From NCBI RefSeq assembly GCF_964204645.1, contig NC_134026.1, forward strand, positions 14,106,050 to 14,170,049: a stretch of 64,000 nucleotides of DNA, in the 5' to 3' direction. Below are positions 1 through 13,606 of this stretch, in pieces. Position numbers and translations under genes: made by a program. The number at the start of each line of letters is the position of its first letter. Positions within the stretch are counted from its first letter, which is position 1. The notes under the pieces were generated by a model. That model saw only the letters and a program-made list of their open reading frames with translations. It was not told the DNA's origin and did no database searches. Origin of the DNA: Tubulanus polymorphus (lineage: Eukaryota; Animalia; Nemertea).

Positions 1-1425
1 TGGAAATGGGTAGTCTATTCCAAAGGTAGGTTGCACAGCTAGAAAAGGCACGGTCGCCATATTTGGATTTAGAACGAGGAACGTGTAAAGCAAAGCTGGT
101 AGAAGAACGAGTGCGCCCCTCTACCCTACGTAGCAGATTTGACAAGTAAACTGGAGCAGATCCATGGATACAACGGTTTACGGTTGACAAGATCTTAAAC
201 TCGATTCTAGCCTGGACAGGCAGCCAATGGAGTTCTATGAGAATAGGTTTTATTCTATCAAACTTCCTTTTACGACACACTAATCTGGCTGCCATATTTT
301 GTACTCGCTGAAGAGGCGCTAATGTTTTTGCTAGTAGTCCGTAAAGTATTCCATTGTTAAAATCAAGACGGGACAGGACGAAAGCATGAACTAATTTTAT
401 AGTGCTGTTTTGGTCCAAGAATCGGCGTATGCGACCAATTTTATACAAAGACGCGTAAGCAGCTTTACAAGTACGTTTAATATGCTCCTGCATAGTCATA
501 CCCTGGTCCAACCAAGCCCCTAGGTCCTTAACAGACTCAGAGGTTGTAATCGGAACACCGTCTACTTCAATCTCAGGCACTCATCCAACTTTTCTCGTAG
601 ACACAAGATTAACAGCCTCCGTCTTTGGAGGGTTCAGCGCGAGCTTATTAGCAGTAAGCCATGATTTAATATCCGTTATACAGGTCTCCATGTTTTTCAC
701 CATTATGTCACGCTGCGATCACCGAGCGCAACCGAATCAATAAGCTGATAATCATCAGCAAACAGTTGATAATCCAAGGAATGATCACGCATCACATTGC
801 TCAGCGGTAGGGTGTAGACAGTGAACAATATAGGGCCTAGCACTGATCCCTGCGGCACACCAAATTGGAGAGGAACGGATTCCGACAGTTGACCGGAGAT
901 GTAGAGTGAAAGAGTTCTCCCCTGCAGATAGGATACAAACCAGCACAATGCCACATCACTCACTCCAATACACGTTCGGAGCCTTTCAAGCATGATAGTA
1001 TGGTCAACGGTATCATAAGCAGCGGTTCAATCCAATAACGTTAGAAGCACTTCATGGCCAGAGTCCAACGATGTAAGAATCTGGTCAGTTACTTTCATTA
1101 ATACCGACTCAGTACTATGGCCTCTTCGATACACCGATTGGTTCGGGTCGTAGAGACCGTTAAGTGTCATGTGAGTGATGAGACGCACAGCTGCAACACG
1201 TTCGATTAGCTTGGACAAATAGCTCAAGTTAGAAACAGGCCTGAAACTCCCGCGGGCATCCTTGTCCATTGAGGGTTTTTTGAGAAGTGGCTTCACAATC
1301 GCAAATTTCAAAGCAGTAGGAAACTGCCCACTCTCCAACGATTTATTTACTATGGACACTAACACAGGTAGTAATGACTCGATACACCCCTTTATTACAA
1401 CTGTTGGAATGGGGTCGAAAGAACA
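1..1425 (-). mobile_element. Decayed LINE (L2/CR1 group) ORF2 reverse-transcriptase fragment
   Basis: ORFs 1027..1365 and 703..993 give FRPVSNLSYLSKLIER, GHSTE, LLD*..AAYDTVDH, GVPQGSVLGPILF and FADD; stops and frameshifts present; runs off the window start. Confidence 0.9.
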
Positions 1426-1429
1426 ATAT

Positions 1430-2243
1430 TATGGGTATTCTTTGGAAAGGGATGTTTTATACCTGAGACAGGTATTTTTCATCAGCCAATTATGACGCAA
1501 TTGGCGGCCATCTTGGTGTCACCAGTACTCATTCGTAAGTGGGAAAAAGATTTTCCACATTATATTGATACCTAAGCGTATTTTGCTACCACAATCAATT
1601 AGAAAGTTGTAGCTCATAATGTGTTCTATGATTGTGGTGAGTTTCAAGGTAATTGGATTTCGTATATGGCCACCAGGGGGCATTGAATAATACAATATCT
1701 TAGCATTTCTTTATTATATTCGTACCTATGCAGATTATATTGATACCTAAGCATATTTTGTAACCACAATCAATTGGAAAGTTGTAGCTCATGACATCAT
1801 CTATGATTGTTGCGAGTTTTAAGGACATAAGTTTTTCTATATGGTCACCAGGGGGCGTTGAATAGTAGAATAACTTAGTATTTCCTTATTATATTGGTAC
1901 CTAGGCATATTTTGTTACCATGATCAATTGCAAAGTTGTAGTTCATGACATGTTCAATGATTGTGGTGAGTTTCGAGGTCATTGGGTTTCGAATATGGTC
2001 ACCAGGGGGCGTTGAATAGTAGAATGACTTAGTATTTCCATATTAAATTGGTAACGAGGCATATTTTGTTATCACAATCAATTACAAAATCGTAGCTGCT
2101 GACATGTTCTATGATTGTGGTGAGTTTCAAGGTCATTGGTTTTTGTAAATGGTCACCAGGGGGCGTTGAATGTTGAAATTGTTAGATTGTTGAGCATTTG
2201 AAACCACTTCCCAAGTGGGCATGGTGTCCCTGGACCACTAGTT
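1430..2243 (+). repeat. HINE/pearl-like non-autonomous element family A, 3' part with ~154-bp tandem cores
   Basis: Near-identical to 14085-15183; ends TCCCAAGTGGGC-ATGGTGTCCCTGGACCACTAGTT. Confidence 0.8.
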
Positions 2244-4415
2244 ATATTGACTGCTTGTAGCCGCCGATGAAATTCATGCCAGCCCTACACAGGTTGTAGA
2301 TAGCTTTGTCATTCCACCGGCATCCCCATGTCAGGGTCTTACTTTTATATCAGACTTCCAAATCGTGTATACATCCGCCATTTTGACTGAATGATCCGAT
2401 TTACTTATCATTTCTATTTATGCCTGCCGCTTCTGATATAATCATACATCCTTTACTATTACAATATGTCTTCTAATGTTATTCAATGCAATGTAACATT
2501 TCGACGTTCAAATAGAGCTCATTATATAATCACAGGAAGTCATTCTACATCTTTCTACATCTTCGTCAATAATATTTTGCCAAATAGCTTGTATGTGTAC
2601 ACATAGACCTGTGACGTTTTGCACATCGATTTACCGTTGTCGTTTGTAAAATGACGCTGAATGGTTAACATTGTTAAGGTTTAATGATGGTTTACGTTTT
2701 ATAAGGCGACAAAAAACTAGAATCCATCCCGACGAAGTTCACAACTCACTCTGCGACAATTGTATTGATTTCTCAGCTGTGTGCATAAAACGTTAGATGG
2801 CTAAATGGTACCTGGCATTAACCATCACTCTACTGAATTCATCACGTAGTTTAATCAATACCTCTTGAGCTGCCTTCTAGTGCGCTCGTGTCTTGTATGA
2901 TAGTCTGTTGAACGAGTCGTGGAAGAATGAAGAGTGCTGCAACTGATGAAGCGCAAGCAACAAAAAAGTTGTGTTAGAAATCTAATTTTGTATTCCATTT
3001 CATTAGTATTTTCTTGTTTTTGTGGTTCTCTTTCCATCATAATCTCGGCTTGATTACGTATGTACACACAGTGTAAAGCTACTTTTTTGTTTAGGAAGAA
3101 TTTTTCATTCAAAAACTACTCTACTGATGAGGAATCAATATTTTTCATAATCTATGAAAAAACTATGATTTTTGGAGGAGACTATTATCAAAACTACCCC
3201 AAATTTGTTTTTGGTGTTGAGAGGTCTAATTTTTATCATTTTTGGTTAGTAGATTCTTCATTGGCCAGAAATGATTGACACAATTTGAAGCAAAGTTGTA
3301 CAGTTTATCATGCTAATACTCCCTCTTCAGTTTCAAGGTCATGCAGATATCTATATGGCAAACATGTCATTTGAACATTTCTTTCATATTTCAAAGAAAT
3401 GTTTTTGATAGCACTTTTCAGAGGTTGGCAGCCCTGCCTTTATTTTAGCATTGGTTAACGTCTATGACATCATGCCAATCAGGGCCGCACTTTTTTGCCC
3501 GATCAAGATTATTTCTGAAGGCACATTTCGGTTGGTTGCTGTACATAAAATATAGGCCCTATTCATTGTATCTACTATGATGTATGTATTTTATCAATCG
3601 GAGGCAGACACGTGCGCGCGGCGACAGTAGTAATGTAAATAGGCTTCTACTGTTGCCATGCGCGTTCTTGGCGAATACCTTCACTTCAGATATTATACAC
3701 TGCCATGAGTTTTAGTGAGCATTCATCGGCGCATTTTAACTGCAATAATTCAGGGCTCAACCGGTAATGCGATTGTTATAGAATGAGGATGTGGCACATA
3801 GGAAATAGCCATTACCTCCCAAAATATAGTAGTCGTTCAAGATCGCTCTAAGTGCTTGGAAAACGCTTTTGATTTCTAGAATTTTCTCTGGGGAAGGCCC
3901 CCAACCCCCCCTCCCCCGGAATAGCTTCGCGTCTCAGGTGCTCGCGAGTGCCTGCTACACGTATGTAACTAAAAAAAAACCAGATTTTATAGGTCGGTTT
4001 TCTCATCTCTGCAAAGATGAATAGAATAAATCATTCTCTCGAGTCTACTCTATGTGCTACTGACATCATTGGCTAGCTAGTTTAGAAAATCAATACCACC
4101 TGCAGCACTCCTTACTGCGGTGTTTGTTGGAAAATCGATACTGCCAGCAGCACCCTGACTGTTCAGTATCCAGCTAACCGACAGATGAAAAATGGTGTCT
4201 TATATTTAGCTCTATATATGCTACGTGGTCTAGTGATTGTTTTAATGTAGAGAACAAGTGGCAATTTTTCCGCCAAAATACCTTCACTGATGATGTAGTT
4301 TCTTGTATACCTGTTAGAGGGCAGCAATTCCTTGCGGTGTAACTTTTTTAAAAAGTTTATTCATGTTTATTGGTAAAAGGGATGCAAAGAAATGAAAATT
4401 CCAATCAAGCAACTG

Positions 4416-5770
4416 TTTTTAGCCCACTTGGGACTTTAATCACAGCGGGGCTATTGCATTATCTTTTTGTCCGTCGTCCGTTCGTCCATCCGTAGACGGA
4501 ATCCAGTTATTTTGGGAAGTTTTTAAGACACTTCAATGTTATGTCTTGATATTTGTATTACACATGTATCTACCCTAGACACATCTTCAGCCCAAAAACT
4601 GGTCCTGTCAGAATCAAGATGGCCGACTGGCAGCCATTGTTGTTTGCCAAAATCAGCACTTATTAAACATTTTTGTGTTTTTTGAGGGAAATTTTGAAGA
4701 CGCGATGATCAATTGGGGGCCGGTTTCACGAAGCATAATTAACTTTAATTATAATTAGGACCTAAATCATGATTAAATTTCCTTAATCATGATTAGTTAA
4801 TTACGATTAAAATTCGGTTTCACGAAAGGGTTTAATTACAAAATTAACTAATTACATAATTAGGCAACTTAATTACAATTTAACTGTATCAAAATGGCGG
4901 AACTTTAGACAGCCATTTGCTGTCCAAGCATCAACAACCTTCCTTGTTTAGAGGAATAGAGAAATTCACTCCTTTGGGAGTTAAAGATTGCTCTGAAAGG
5001 TCTCAGGAACCAGTGGAAAAACTTAGCAAGATGTCTCAAAAGTTTTTAAATAGAAACTCACCTCCAGTCAGCAAAATAAAATCCTCGTAAATGGGGTTTA
5101 TTTCCGAGCAGCACTTTTTAACACTAACTCCATAGATATGTACTCTACTGACAGAAATCTATCATATGTATTGACAAAATCAATTAATTCAATACTTCTA
5201 AGTATGTGGTGGTCGTGCTGACAAAAACATAGGACGTTTGAAAATAAATCAATAGAATTTAGAGTATTGACATGCCTTTTTTACAAAAGGCAAAAAATCC
5301 AAACAATATTTGAGCCAAACAATCTGAAAAACTGAATAAGTGTAGGAATTGCCGTCGTCAATTAATAAACACCAAATTCCATGAATAATATCTGCAGCTT
5401 TTTGTTTTTAATAATAAACTAATGATGATTAAATGGTTTAATTACACTCTAGTGGAGAATTAAATTTTGTAATTAACTTAATTATAATTAAAGTTGATTA
5501 CGTTTTGTGAAACACCTAACTTGATTAAATCATGATAATTTACTCATGATTAGTGATTTAATCATAATTAAGGGTTAATTACGCTTTGTGAAACCGGCCC
5601 CTGGATCTTTCGTATGTATGTGAACCCCCAAGTGTCCATCAGCATAAGAAGAATTGGGTCAATCAGACTCAAGATGGCTGTAGTATGAACTTTTTGGGAT
5701 CAGCCTATTATGATGCAATTGGCGGCCATCTTGGTGTCATCAGTACTCATTTGTAGGCGGAAAAAAGTTT
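4416..5770 (+). repeat. Family A element, 5' part, interrupted by a MITE
   Basis: Starts TTTTTAGCCCACTTGGGACTTTA with a GTCC microsatellite as at 13607; similarity resumes after 5601. Confidence 0.75.
4716..5601. mobile_element. MITE with GGGGCCGGTTTCAC terminal inverted repeats (PIF/Harbinger-like)
   Basis: GGGGCCGGTTTCACGAAGCATAATTAAC / GTTAATTACGCTTTGTGAAACCGGCCCC; absent from the 13.6 kb copy of the host repeat; TSD not cleanly resolved. Confidence 0.75.
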
Positions 5771-6703
5771 TCAGGCCAGCCGTAGGCTGAGCCTATTACT
5801 ATACAAATGGAGCGAATTTAAATGACATGGTTTCCAGAGCAAAGGCTCTTTGTCTGTGCAACTGAGCATATAATCATACAAATCATTCATTAAAACATTA
5901 TCCATTCTCCAAACTCTACGTAGCTGAATTTTGAAAGAGGGCCTCGTTAAAATTTATATGAGCTTTTTCGCGAATATCTGATCGCAAGAATATCGGTTTT
6001 GAAAAGCCAATCAGAAAGCAAAGACTCCTCTATGATTGGCTTAGCCGCAGAAATCAGCAGGTGTTCACATGAACCCGCAGTATCGTCTACCGTTTAACTT
6101 CCTGGTTTTATTTTTAGATCTAAAGTTGTATTTCAAGATCGATTTCTGTGAAAGCTTTAGTTGATTTGGGTTTTGAGAGGAATATTTTTATTAGCACTAC
6201 AGAAAATATCGTTGACAATTGTGCAAAGTCCAGAAAAAATAGCTTTTTCTTAAATCGGAAAGATGACCTTGATATGCTAATTAGCCATGTGCTCAAATAC
6301 AAATTCAATCAAATTTTATTTAGCAAAAAATATCAAATCCAATTCAATTTTGTTTTATTGAGCAAATTTCAGAAAATTTAATTCTATTCTACATTAAAAT
6401 CAATAAGACCAAGGGAAAAGATTTATCTGAGGTGTTTGTTCCTGCCAGATCCAGTCGCTGTCTGTGCTACTTATGTATTCTACGATTGTATTGTGTAAAT
6501 TATTAGGTATTGACTCTCAGCTGGGAGTGTATTACGACAAATTTAACCCACAGAATGCATCATCATGTACCATTTTATGAAAAGCTGACAGGCTGGCCAT
6601 AGTGCCCCTTGGGGTTTTTGTTCTACATTATATTGATACCTAAGCATATTTTGTTAGCACAATCAATTGGAAAGTTGTAGGTCATAACGTGTTCTATGAT
6701 TCT

Positions 6704-8400
6704 ATGAGTTGTTTGTTTTAATGGTATTAACTCGTCAAGAAGGGGTATAACTATCGGAGTTCCCCAAGGTTCTATTCTCGGTCCTCTTTTATATCTATTA
6801 TTCATAAATGATTGTGTCAATGCTTCAAAAATTCTTGACTTCACCCTTTTTGCAGATGACACAACATGCTTCGCTTATTCAAAAGATCATAAGATATTCC
6901 AACTGATAAACAATGAACTCATCAAACTTCGAATGTGGTTTCAAGTTAATAAATTGTCTCTTAACCTTGAAAAATGTTATTTTATGATTTTCGGAAATTT
7001 CAAGGGTACCCCTTGTGCCATAAAAATTGGAAATGTGCCAATAAAGCAATTTCATTCCACAAAATTTCTTGGTTTATATATTGATAGTAAACTGACGTGG
7101 TCTGACCACATATCATTTGTCTGTAAAAAGATCTTTCGTAGTATTGGTGTTTTGAATAGAGTTAAAAGACGATTGCCAGTTTTAGTGATGAAAACCTTAT
7201 ACTATAGTTTTGTTTACCCGTATCTCCAATACTGCAATTTTATCTGAGGCAATAACTACGAATCGAGAATCAGGCCAATAATCCTACTTCAAAAGCGTGC
7301 GATCAGGGTTATATCGAAGGTTACCTTCTTTGACCATACAGCCCCCATCTTCAAAAACTTAGGTATCCTTACTTTTCGAGCAATGACGAAATTTCAATTG
7401 TGCTTTTTCATATTTAAATATAAGGATTCACTACTGCCTAACTCGTTTTCAGATTATTAGGGTTTTCTGACTTTCGTCGAAAACCCTCTTGAAGTTCTGT
7501 TGATTATTATTATTATATATTTTCCGCCGATTTCGTCAAATAAAATTCATCTTCATTCAGATTCGGCAACTGACAGCTTCGAAATGAAATGTATAAATTG
7601 ATACTGTAATAACGGTCTCTTTGATCCAACAGATTGTCTGAATGTACTTTCCATCCTATTTGAAACTTAAAATTACTTATTAGGTTACTGTAAATAAAGA
7701 ATTGAATTGAATTGTTAGACAACAAGCACCGGCGAAATAACAGTTTGTGACGTCATTTAGTAAGTAAATAAAGGAGGGCTCCGAGAATTTCCAAATCACG
7801 GGGACTATACTGGGGTTAGACCATTCAACTAAAAAGAGGATTGCTCCGATAATATCCAAATCATCTCATTTTATTTTTTCCATCGAATACCCGGTAATTA
7901 ATTTTACCTTTCGATCACATGCATCCAGAAAAAACCCGTTATCGCTGCTTTGCAGCTATATTTTTTCATTAAATTCCGACTTTCACCATCATCATACCCG
8001 AAACCATCATGCATTCAAAGTAAAACAATTTAGAACCAATCGAAAGAAATTTTCATTAGAAGTATCAGCCCCTCTAACTTGGAATAACTTACCTTACTCA
8101 CTGAAGATCATTGGATCAGTATCCCCTCCGGTTTTTAAACGTGCTCTCAAACAGTATCTTCTCAATTAATGTTTCGATAACCTTGCCAGTCTCTGCCATC
8201 TGGCACTTAAATATTTTCAGTGTGAATGTGGTGTGAAAGAGAGTGTGATTGGGTGTACGAGGGTGGCATGAATATCATATAAACCTTAACAGGTTTCTTC
8301 ATGTTTTCCTCCATCTTGAATTTTTGTATTTGTATTACTTTGTACGATTATTATAATTCAAAATGGAAAAATAAAATAATAATAAAATAATGAAATAATG
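6704..8400 (+). mobile_element. 5'-truncated CR1-group LINE (RT C-terminal half plus 3' UTR) inserted into a family A repeat
   Basis: GVPQGSILGPLLYLLFIND, FADDT, WFQVNKLSLN, KFLGLYIDSKLTW; (AAT)-rich tail ending ~8400; family A sequence on both sides (6625-6703, 8400-8838). Confidence 0.85.
7455..7967 (+). mobile_element. Short HINE-like element family B inserted in the LINE
   Basis: 5' TTAGGGTTTTC..GAAAACCCT hairpin and (TTA)n; 3' AAAACCCGTTATC-GCTGC TTT GCAGC-TATATTT, matching the termini at 31124 and 26405; LINE coding resumes after it. Confidence 0.65.
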
Positions 8401-9876
8401 ATATTGGTGGGATTCAAGGTCATTGCTTATTGTAAATGGCCACCAGGGGCGTTGAATAATATAAAAACTTAGAATTTCTATATCATACTTGTACCCTTGC
8501 ATATTTTGTTACCACAATTAATTGCAAAGTTTTAGCTCATGACATTTTCTATGATCGTGGTGAGTTTTAAGGACATAAGTTGTTCTATATGGTCTCCAGG
8601 GGGTGTTGAATGGAAGAATAATTTGGTATTTCCTTATTATACTGATACCTAGGCATATTTTGTTACCATGTTCAATTGCAAAGTTGTAACTCATGACATG
8701 TTCTATGATTGTGGTGAGATTCAAGGTCATTGGTTTTTGTATATGGTCACCAGTGGGCGTTGAATATTGAAATTGTTAGATTGTTGAGCATTTGAAACCG
8801 TTTCCCAAGTAGGCATGGCATCCCTGGACCCCTAGTTTTATTCAATACCCCCAATAAGATTTAGATACAGTCTGTAATATTAATGTGCGAATACTCATTG
8901 CTCCAATTTTGATGATTACATTTTATATGCAACTAACGACGAATAGACAATTCATACGGTTGGTTTTATTCTTAATTGGTAACGGTTTAATGCAAATACA
9001 TACGAGTCATAAGTACAAGATGTGCAAACATGCCTAACAAGGACCATTATGTTTGGAGGGTTTCCTATTGTGTCTCTATATAACTTATTTATTATGCTAC
9101 GTTTGGTAGGAAATACGAAATATTTAACCATTTTCATGTTTTATAAATTCAACCTTTAATTATGTCCTGAGACGTGAGTGTGCTTACCAGAGCGAATAAT
9201 ACGCACTTGATTAAATACAGAGACCGGACTCTATAGTGACAACACAAATTTAACCGTTCGTAACACATGTATTACAGTTTGCATTTTCTATTTCTGTTAG
9301 AGACAAATGATTATGAACACCATGGATGAAAAAAAAAGAAAGATGACTAACGCATAAAAGAACTCAAATTTGTCATGCTTGTTTTTTAAGGAATTTCGGG
9401 TTCATCACTCAGAAGAAAGCAAATGTCCCTGGGAAATTGGTACAATGATTTGTCCCTGTGAAAAATGTTCATGTCCCTGAGATGATATCTGTAGGGTTGG
9501 CAGATCTGACAATGTTCCATTATATTGCCGTACCTACGCATGTTTTGTAGCACAATCAGCTGCAAATTTTTTTTTGGAGCTCATATGATTAGTGTGTTAA
9601 TTCACCGGGGGGTGTTGAATATTGAATTATCAGATTGTCAAGCATTTCATTAATTTGGAATGGTATCCCTGGACCCTAGTTTAATGTTTTGACCTGTTTT
9701 GAGGTTTGGGAATTTTTTAATGCGCCTACAAAATATCACCATTTTCAAACAACACTTAAATATGTACACCAATCCTTATAAGCAGGACCCTTAGTCCTCC
9801 AGTTGTTTCTTCCACTGAGCCTCCTTTTAACTTATTAATGTAATATCAATATTTACCTAATTGATTTTTTTTTCAG

Positions 9877-10122
9877 CTGTTGAACCATTCAAAGCAGAGA
9901 TGATATCTGAAGTAGTGTTGCAGCGTTTGCTACGTCAAAATATAATTTTGAGCTTACGCTATGAAGATAAAGACCCTGACCATAATATAATATTTGAACG
10001 GGGTAAACCATGTGATTATTTTGTACTTGTACTACAAGGTCGTGTCTCGGTTATTGTTGGTAAGGAAAACCTTATGTTTGAAGGTGGACCATTCACATTC
10101 TTCGGATTACAGGCTCTTCAAT
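9877..10122 (+). CDS. CNNM: Internal exon of a CNNM (cyclin M/ACDP) metal transporter, CNBH domain
   Basis: tttcag| acceptor, |gtaagt donor, both phase 1; VEPFKAEMISEVVLQRLL..GKPCDYFVLVLQGRVSVIVGKENLMFEGGPFTFFG fits the CNNM CNBH domain. Confidence 0.85.
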
Positions 10123-10589
10123 GTAAGTGCAATGTTTTTAGTTACTAAGCATACAGATTATACAGATTCATATGATGCTTGAAGGATTACTATATTCCCG
10201 ACAAATTCATTGGGGATATTGTTTTCGCTGTGGTACATTGTTGTGCCTCAATGACCTTTGAATCTTTAGGTTTTTGTAAAACATGGGTGTTTGGTGGCAT
10301 GAACATGAACCTATTTAGTTTAAATTGCATTCAAGATCGCTGGTAAGCAGCCATCTTGGATTCCAAAAAAGTATATTTTGGGCTCTAAATGTGTCAGTAC
10401 TTTTGAGAATTGATATTTCACATAGATCTGGTCCTTTCAGGACTATTTCAAGTCAGGTGGTTTGATAAGACTGACATTTTCAGCTCCAATAGTTTAGTGA
10501 TAAACAGGGTAAAAAAAATTTGGGGGAATTTCGTGGGAACCCTGTTGATAACGCTTTGTTGCTTATTAATGAAAATTATAATGCATACC

Positions 10590-12610
10590 TGAAGACCCAT
10601 TATTTGGAGAAGTTCATTTTGAATAACTGGTGACATGTACCGCTTCCCTGCTTTATTGATCCAATCGCTGAGTAACGAGTCATCCTCAGACCGGAGTTTA
10701 AGCAACTGAAAAAAGTTCTAAAAAACTGAAAAAGAGTCTATCTCTTCATGATCTCTCAGAGCTTCTGCTCGACGTGCCAAGTCCTTAAGCGTGGGACAAT
10801 TTTCAAAAGACAATGTCTCCTATCTTTCTTGTTCTGAAAATACAAAGCAGCAGGCATATATGAAATATTGTTTTCTCTTCAAAATTAAAGTGTACTGGCA
10901 CAACTTGGAGATTTGGAGTCAAAGTACCAATCATGGTAGATGCCTGGACCATGACCGACTGAGTCATTTAATTACATTGGAAAAAAATCAAATGAAGGAC
11001 AAACCTGGCCATTCTAATGTGCAATCATTTCTCCTACATTCTGGTTCTTTTGCCTCTGCCTTCCAATGAAAATTTGTATGCCTCTCTGCGAATCAATCCT
11101 GTTGTGTTTTGTCATAGATCCAGATACCTCATTCCAGTTGTTGTAACCTCTCGTAATGAAAGCAGTGTCGAATCTCTTGTTCTGCACTAATTTATCGGAG
11201 GAGAAAACTGACCTACAATAAATACAAAGGACATGGTCCTTCTCTTCATTGTAGGTGAGCCATTCATATTGACCGAAGTACTCCTGCTTACAGCGAGCTA
11301 GGCAAACAGTTGTACAACCATATGCCCCGTTCGGAAATGCATAATCCCTTTTTGGTCTATGTCTACTTACATCTGAAAATCAGGAAAAATTCAATCAATC
11401 AAAACTACAGTTATGAGTATATTATAATAAAAACAAACCTTACATCGCTGCTGTATAATTCTAAGCTTCATGGGACCCATCAGAGAGTGGGAACATTGCC
11501 ATCATTATTCATATTTCACAAATACATTGGAATTTGTTTCACTCTTCACCCTTCCATAACCAAGATTAATCTTTAAATATCTATGCTAAATACAAGTGCA
11601 AAAGGACATACCAGGTTCTACAGACGGTGGATCAACATAATTAGGCGCTCTTAGTTGAATCTCATCTAGTACTGGCTCATCGTCGATGGCTGCTTGCTGA
11701 ATCTCATCTAGTACTGACTCATCGTTGATTCAAATTCAAAATTGACCGTTAAAAATGACCTTTTCAACATTAATCAGGTGGAAATGGCCATTTTTTAGAT
11801 AATTTAAGTGCCCTTTCAAACATTACACCCCGAGCCTGCCATTTTTAACATTTAAAACAAAAGTGCCCTTTTTAAGAATTCTTTAGGCCCACATAAATTT
11901 AACTCGCACAAAATGTGCCCTTTTAAAAAAATACGACCCGATTTAAGTGCCCCTTTTAATCATTATACCCCACACGACAAGTGCCCTTTTCATAAGGCCT
12001 AAATTCATTAGTAAGTCTGTTACACGAATCGACACACTAGACTACAACTACACACAATCACATTTTGATTTTTTTGTGTGCACCTAAACAGGCTTCAAAT
12101 AGTATAGCATCGCTTGGCTTCAGACTCCAAGGCTTCTGCTGCTCTCTCACCCTCCATTGGCGGGCTGGCATGATTAATTTCTAACATTACATGCGTGATT
12201 ATGGTGATTAAACGACAAAATAATTCATTTTCGGAATATTTTTCTGTGAAACCCTAACCTGGAAGTAAACAATGCGATCCTATTTAGTGATTGAATTGTA
12301 GACTGGTCGCCTGTCCAATTCTGCCCCACCTGTATTCGCAGTCAGAATAGCTGAAGTAGACCGTCTACCTGAATCGCAGAACTCGAAACCGGTACGATAC
12401 GATAGTGGTCAGCGGTGTCGAATCCCACGAAAGGCAACATCGCATGGCGAATGTATTCACGGAACGATCACGAGTGACTCAGTACATATTTCTCGAACCC
12501 CCCTTAGTTTTTTTTTATGGATTTAGACGTTTTAGGTACCTTCTAAAATTCGTCAAAAACATTTTTTGTCCGACAAATGTCAGATCGTCAGACCCCTTGC
12601 TACGCGCCTG
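10590..12610 (-). mobile_element. Decayed hAT (ZMYM1/DUF4371-like) transposon 5' portion
   Basis: Minus strand has a TTF-type Zn finger (YEWLTYNEEKDHVLCIYC..AFITRGYNNW) and NFFQLLKLRSEDD..YMSPVIQNELL; CAGGCGCGTAGC-type terminus at 12610; GTGCCCTTTT subterminal repeats at 11.8-12.0 kb. Confidence 0.7.
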
Positions 12611-13606
12611 AAGTATCGTAGGATTTTTTGGTGGTACGGTGAAATTGAATTTGATATCTCAATTTCTTTGAATTCTTTCTCCAATGAGATTTTTGATGAA
12701 TTCTAAAAATCTATAGAACTAACGAAAGAGTTCTGCCATTGTTTGTGATCGAGTCTCGCTCCAAAAAGAGCGCAGTAGCCCATTCTCGTTGTAACTAATT
12801 CGATTTAGCCGATTTAATCCTGCTCTGTAGCAGGATTAGATTTTCGGGTTAGACTTATTCGAATTACCGTTAACTCATTTTTTTGTGAAACGACCATTGA
12901 AAATTAACCTCAAAATTATAATTTGGATTAGCAAACTAACCCAAATTAGAGGCTTTTAGAGGCTCTAACCCAAATTAGAATCTCCGTTTGTGAAACCGGG
13001 CCATGGCCTCTTTTCTGGAATCAACCTGCACTCTTAGAAATTTGACATGTACCCTTATACATACAAAACAAACAAACATTTGAAAAATAATCTGAGTTCA
13101 TGGTTAATAATACTAAGATTCATGCACTTCCTTGTCCCTAATCTGCGTGGGTGATTGGATTGATTGTATCAATAAATGACCAGCATGGTCACATACTGGA
13201 CGTATCGGCCCCACTCCGCGCGGTTCCGCCACCGTGCGGGATTTACGCGAAGCAGCAAAAACAAACATGGCTACTCTCTCAATTTTCAATGATAGAAATC
13301 GTGTGTGCATTTCAATTATTTCGGCTGTTAGGGTTTTAAGGCACAATATAAGTTGATGATGTGATATGGCGATGTTAATTAATGATAATTCCGCAGTGAA
13401 GCTAGTCACGAATGGTGCCGATCGAGTGTACAGCTGCCAAAAACACTGAAATGTGCATAGTTGCGTAACTATTTGCAGTGAATTGCAGACGAAACATGAC
13501 TCCTTAACGGCCGTTTAAAAAAAAATTATACCAATCGCAATTGTAAAATAAAAATAAGATAAAAGCTAAGTTAAAATTCTGGCTATTTCTAAAATGTTAT
13601 TACTAA

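Noticed and set aside
2855-3278. Short ORFs as upstream CNNM exons
   Set aside because: No CBS or DUF21 motifs and no convincing splice context
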